Shown here: positions 60,830-64,000 of the stretch, one piece after another
Numbering within the stretch: position 1 is the stretch's first letter
Layout of the letters: each line of letters starts with the position of its first letter
Translations under genes and position numbers: made by a program
The notes under the pieces: generated by a model
Seen by the model: only the letters and a program-made list of their open reading frames with translations
Told to the model about the DNA's origin: nothing
Database searches by the model: none
Assembly (NCBI GenBank): GCA_963843375.1
Contig: CAWJKT010000006.1
Span: 224,001-288,000, forward strand
DNA length: 64,000 nt
Source of the DNA: an uncultured Pseudomonadota bacterium
Lineage (GTDB): Bacteria > Oederibacteriota > Muellerivitia > Muellerivitales > Muellerivitaceae
Direction of reading: 5' to 3'

Positions 60830-63610
60830 TTATTTCGAGGAATATTCCTTCCCCTTACCTGAATGCCGGATAGCGGCCTGAGCTGCGGCCAAACGGGCGA
60901 TCGGCACACGATAAGGGGAGCAGGAGACGTAATTTAATCCTACGATATGGCAGAACTCAACGGAATTGGGATCCCCGCCGTGTTCCCCGCATATACCAAC
61001 CTTGAGTTTGGGCTTCACGGAACGGCCCTTTTCCACGCCCATCCGGACCAATTGGCCGACGCCATTGCGGTCCAGAACCTGGAATGGATCCTTCTCGTAA
61101 ATCCCGTTGTCTTGGTAATAACGAATAATCTTCGCGGTGTCATCCCGGGAAAATCCGAAGGTGGTCTGGGTGAGATCATTGGTGCCAAAACTGAAGAAAT
61201 CGGCTTCTTCGGCGATCTTATCCGCCGTGACCGCCGCCCTGGGCAGTTCAATCATGGTTCCAATCAGGTATTCCAACTTGACCCCGTACTTCTTGATGGT
61301 CTCATCGGCTATCTTGATGACGATGGCCTTTTGGTTTTTCAATTCAGCCGTGTCACCCACCAGTGGAATCATGATTTCGGGAATGATCTTCTCTCCCTTT
61401 TTCACCATCTCACAAGCCGCGCTAATGACGGCTTCGGTTTGCATTTCCGTGATTTCGGGGTAAGTGATGCCCAAACGGCAGCCCCGGTGCCCCAGCATGG
61501 GATTGAATTCGTGCAGTTCCTCCACACGGTGAAGGAGTTTCTTGGCCTTGTGCAAATCCGAGCCCTCTTCCTTGACCAGTTCCAGGGCTTTTTTGATCAT
61601 GTCATTGGAAGTCGAATTCTTACCCGAGGCTTCCATCCGAGCGATTTCCACCATCAGCTCTTCCCGCTTGGGCAGGAATTCATGAAGCGGCGGATCCAGG
61701 AACCGCACGGTCACCGGATAGCCTTCCATGGCCTCGAAGAGGCCCAGGAAGTCTGACTTTTGCATCGGCAAAAGCTTCTTTAAGGCTTCCCGGCGGGAAG
61801 CTTCGTCGGTGGCCAGAATCATGGCCTGCATATAGGGAAGACGGTCTTCGGCGAAAAACATATGTTCGGTTCGGCACAGGCCGATACCTTCAGCGCCAAA
61901 TTGACGGGCGACGATGGCGTCCCGGGGAATATCCGCGTTGGCACGTACCTTCAGGGTGCGAGCCGCATCCGCCCAGCTCATCAGGGTGGCAAAGTCGCCG
62001 GAAAGTTCCGCTTCCATCGTAGGTACTTTGCCGTTAATCACTTCCCCGGTGGAACCGTTCAGCGAAATCCAGTCGCCTTCTCCCACCGTGACGCTTCCAA
62101 CCGAGAATTTCCGGCCGTGTTCGTCGACTTTGATCGATTCGCAGCCTGCCACGCAGGTCTTGCCCATGCCGCGGGCCACGACGGCCGCATGGGAGGTCAT
62201 TCCGCCGCGGGCGGTGAGGATGCCTTCCGCCGCGTCCATTCCGTGGATGTCATCAGGGGATGTTTCCAGGCGGACCAGGATGACCTTCTTGCCCGCTTCT
62301 TTCCATTCCACCGCCACATCGGCTGTGAAAACGGCTTGGCCGGTGGCCGCTCCGGGCGAGGCCGGCAAGCCCTTGGTAATGACGTCCTTCTTGGCTTTGG
62401 GATCAAACACCGGATGGAGCAATTGGTCCAATTGAATGGGTTCCACCCTCTGGAGGGCTTCTTCCTTGGTGATGAGCTTTTCGCCCACCAAATCAATGGC
62501 GATCTTCACGGCCGCCGCCGCCGTGCGCTTACCGGTGCGGGTTTGCAGCATGAAAAGCTTGTTTTTCTCGATCGTGAACTCGAAATCCTGGATGTCACGA
62601 TAATGTTTTTCCAGCTTCTTGGTGGTATCGTAAAGCTGCTTGTAAACCTTGGGCATGTCCTTTTCCAGGTTCGAAATCGGGAGCGGTGTGCGAACACCGG
62701 CCACCACGTCCTCGCCCTGGGCGTTCAGCAAATACTCGCCGTAGAACTTCTTTTCGCCGGTCGCCGGATTACGCGTGAATCCCACTCCCGTGCCCGAATC
62801 ATCACCCATGTTTCCGAACACCATGGACTGCACATTGACGGCCGTTCCAATATTGTGGGGAATATCGTTTTGCTTGCGGTAATAAATGGCCCGGTCGTTC
62901 ATCCAGGAACGGAACACGGCGTCACGGGCTCCCCGTAATTGGGCCATGACATCCTGGGGAAAGTCCTTGCCGGTTTTCTCCTTGATGAGTTTCTTGAATT
63001 GATCAACCATTTCCTTTAAATCGGAGGCCGACAACTCGGTGTCAAGCTTTACGCCCTTTTCTTCCTTCATGTGGCCGATCACGTGTTCAAAAACTTCCTT
63101 GCCCATTTCCATGACCACGTTGCCGTACATTTGGATGAACCGGCGGTAGGAATCCCAGGCAAAACGCTCGTTATTGGTGGAAGCCACCAAACCTTTGATA
63201 GTCTCGTCATTGAGCCCCAAGTTGAGGATGGTGTCCATCATGCCGGGCATGGAAAACTTGGCGCCGGAACGAACCGAAACCAGGAGTGGATTGTTGCGGT
63301 CCCCAAATTTCTTGCTCAAGGCCTTTTCCAAACGGGCCAAATGAACCTGCATTTCCTTGTCGATGGATTCCGGAACCTTTTTGCCGCTTTCATAATAAAT
63401 CCGGCAGGTTTCGGTCGTGATCGTGAAGCCCGGGGGAACGGGAACACCCGCATTGGTCATTTCGGCTAGGCCAGCTCCCTTACCGCCCAGTTCCGCTTTC
63501 ATGGTTCCTTCGCCTTCGGCCTTTCCGTTTCCAAAAAAATAAACGAATTTTTTGGACTTGGCGCTTCCCTTGGACTTCGCGGGCGACTTTTTCTTGGCGG
63601 CTTTCGGCAT
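60830..63610 (-). CDS. ppdK: Pyruvate, phosphate dikinase
   Basis: LGGKGAGLAEM, VSVRSGA, GGMTSHAAVVARG, GLCRTEHMF, SFGTNDLTQ. Confidence 0.98.
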   Translation of the reverse strand: MPKAAKKKSPAKSKGSAKSKKFVYFFGNGKAEGEGTMKAELGGKGAGLAEMTNAGVPVPPGFTITTETCRIYYESGKKVPESIDKEMQVHLARLEKALSKKFGDRNNPLLVSVRSGAKFSMPGMMDTILNLGLNDETIKGLVASTNNERFAWDSYRRFIQMYGNVVMEMGKEVFEHVIGHMKEEKGVKLDTELSASDLKEMVDQFKKLIKEKTGKDFPQDVMAQLRGARDAVFRSWMNDRAIYYRKQNDIPHNIGTAVNVQSMVFGNMGDDSGTGVGFTRNPATGEKKFYGEYLLNAQGEDVVAGVRTPLPISNLEKDMPKVYKQLYDTTKKLEKHYRDIQDFEFTIEKNKLFMLQTRTGKRTAAAAVKIAIDLVGEKLITKEEALQRVEPIQLDQLLHPVFDPKAKKDVITKGLPASPGAATGQAVFTADVAVEWKEAGKKVILVRLETSPDDIHGMDAAEGILTARGGMTSHAAVVARGMGKTCVAGCESIKVDEHGRKFSVGSVTVGEGDWISLNGSTGEVINGKVPTMEAELSGDFATLMSWADAARTLKVRANADIPRDAIVARQFGAEGIGLCRTEHMFFAEDRLPYMQAMILATDEASRREALKKLLPMQKSDFLGLFEAMEGYPVTVRFLDPPLHEFLPKREELMVEIARMEASGKNSTSNDMIKKALELVKEEGSDLHKAKKLLHRVEELHEFNPMLGHRGCRLGITYPEITEMQTEAVISAACEMVKKGEKIIPEIMIPLVGDTAELKNQKAIVIKIADETIKKYGVKLEYLIGTMIELPRAAVTADKIAEEADFFSFGTNDLTQTTFGFSRDDTAKIIRYYQDNGIYEKDPFQVLDRNGVGQLVRMGVEKGRSVKPKLKVGICGEHGGDPNSVEFCHIVGLNYVSCSPYRVPIARLAAAQAAIRHSGKGKEYSSK

Positions 63611-63833
63611 TTGTACCCTCCTAAAAATGGTTAAACAGGAATATTGTCAAAAACATCGGGGCGTCCGGACCCGCGACTCAAAGGTTTTTCACAAAAGGCC
63701 CGGAAAGGGGGCTTATTGTAGCAAACCCCCTTTTGAATGCAACGAAAGCACTAAAAATAAGGAACGTACAAAACAAGGAAATTTTAGGGGTTTACAGCCT
63801 TATGGGTGCTTAACGGGATGGATGGACGGGAGT

Positions 63834-64000
63834 TTAAGAGGCATAGACCAGTTTTCTGAAATCGCAAAGAATCAAAAGAAGGTCGGCGGTCTGGCGAAGA
63901 AGGGCCAGCCGGTTGTTGCGGATCTTCGCGTTTTTATCCATCACCATCACCTTCTCAAAAAAGTCATGGATAGGTTGGACCAGGGTTTCCAAGTGGCCCA
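63834..64000 (-). CDS. glyS: Glycyl-tRNA synthetase beta subunit, C-terminal fragment
   Basis: Manual translation ...PIHDFFEKVMVMDKNAKIRNNRLALLRQ...DFRKLVYAS*; glyS-ppdK synteny. Confidence 0.85.
   Translation of the reverse strand, partial: GHLETLVQPIHDFFEKVMVMDKNAKIRNNRLALLRQTADLLLILCDFRKLVYAS

Overview
Bacterial chromosomal window from a diderm (Skp and TPR-SPOR envelope genes), almost all genes on the minus strand. (1) 1-3246 is the right end of an integrative element: Replic_Relax-type protein, HTH/excisionase and tyrosine integrase abutting the 3' end of tRNA-Asp(GTC). (2) 3.4-29.8 kb is mostly housekeeping (mutS, miaB, scpAB, trpS, CCA enzyme, rnhB, rplS-trmD-rimM-khpA-rpsP). It also holds an unusual 1857-aa HicB-like/beta-propeller/Ig-repeat fusion. 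(3) 30.2-46.9 kb is an accessory region between rpsP and tRNA-Thr(CGT) and is the main finding. It is cut into about 10 single-gene or single-operon units by 11 co-oriented copies of a ~28-bp site, consensus TGTCCACGACG-GGTCCC-CGYCGTGGACA (11-bp inverted arms around an asymmetric 6-bp spacer). This looks like a recombinase-site-delimited gene-cassette array whose sites resemble neither integron attC nor canonical dif. (4) 47.5-64 kb is housekeeping plus polysaccharide genes (CBM11-like, ruvA, ruvC, yebC, GH9, tyrS, PBP1A, D-Ala-D-Ala dipeptidase, mog, ppdK, glyS 3' end). Several essential genes are frameshifted, most likely from sequencing indels. All calls come from reading the sequence and recalled family motifs; no database search was run.
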